Shown: in pieces, positions 7,226-7,370 of the stretch | Numbering within the stretch: the stretch's first letter is position 1 | Layout of the letters: each line of letters starts with the position of its first letter | From: Octopus sinensis | Taxonomy: Eukaryota | Assembly: GCF_006345805.1 (NCBI RefSeq) | Contig: NW_021828855.1 | Location: 1 to 7,370, forward strand | Direction of reading: 5' to 3' | Length of the DNA stretch: 7,370 bases | The notes under the pieces: generated by a model | The model's database searches: none | What the model was told of the DNA's origin: nothing | What the model saw: the letters and a program-made list of their open reading frames with translations, nothing else | Made by a program: the position numbers and the translations under genes

Positions 7226-7370
7226 TGCTTTGATTGTGGGTGGGTGGGAAATAACCAACACTCAGCTTATGGCTGTCCACCTCTGTGTGTGTTCGGGGTA
7301 TGTATACACTTACTCACACAAATCTATACATACAATGTTTGCGTGTATATGCATGTATATATGCGAATTT

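Overview
Non-coding, repeat-rich eukaryotic DNA. I find no intact protein-coding gene, rRNA, functional tRNA or CRISPR array. The window contains: a decayed mariner (Tc1/mariner) transposase 5' fragment (1-457, -); a tRNA-headed SINE whose 184-bp body is tandemly duplicated (745-1164); a frameshifted RTE-type LINE RT remnant (1163-1852); two degenerate tRNA-like heads on the - strand; a short CR1/Jockey-group LINE remnant (2742-2895, -); a second SINE family (2939-3262) followed by an inverted copy of its own 3' tip; an 11 x 16-bp minisatellite; and many micro- and compound satellites covering roughly 30% of the window by my rough count. The SINE sequences and the simple-repeat density resemble octopus (cephalopod) DNA, but that rests on recall, not a database search. 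The least explained signals are a perfect 17-bp long-range inverted repeat (6173-6189 / 6739-6755), the tail-to-tail 18-bp SINE inverted repeat, and the SINE-body dimer. I cannot support a claim of a new gene system here; the supplied long ORFs are mostly by-products of simple repeats.
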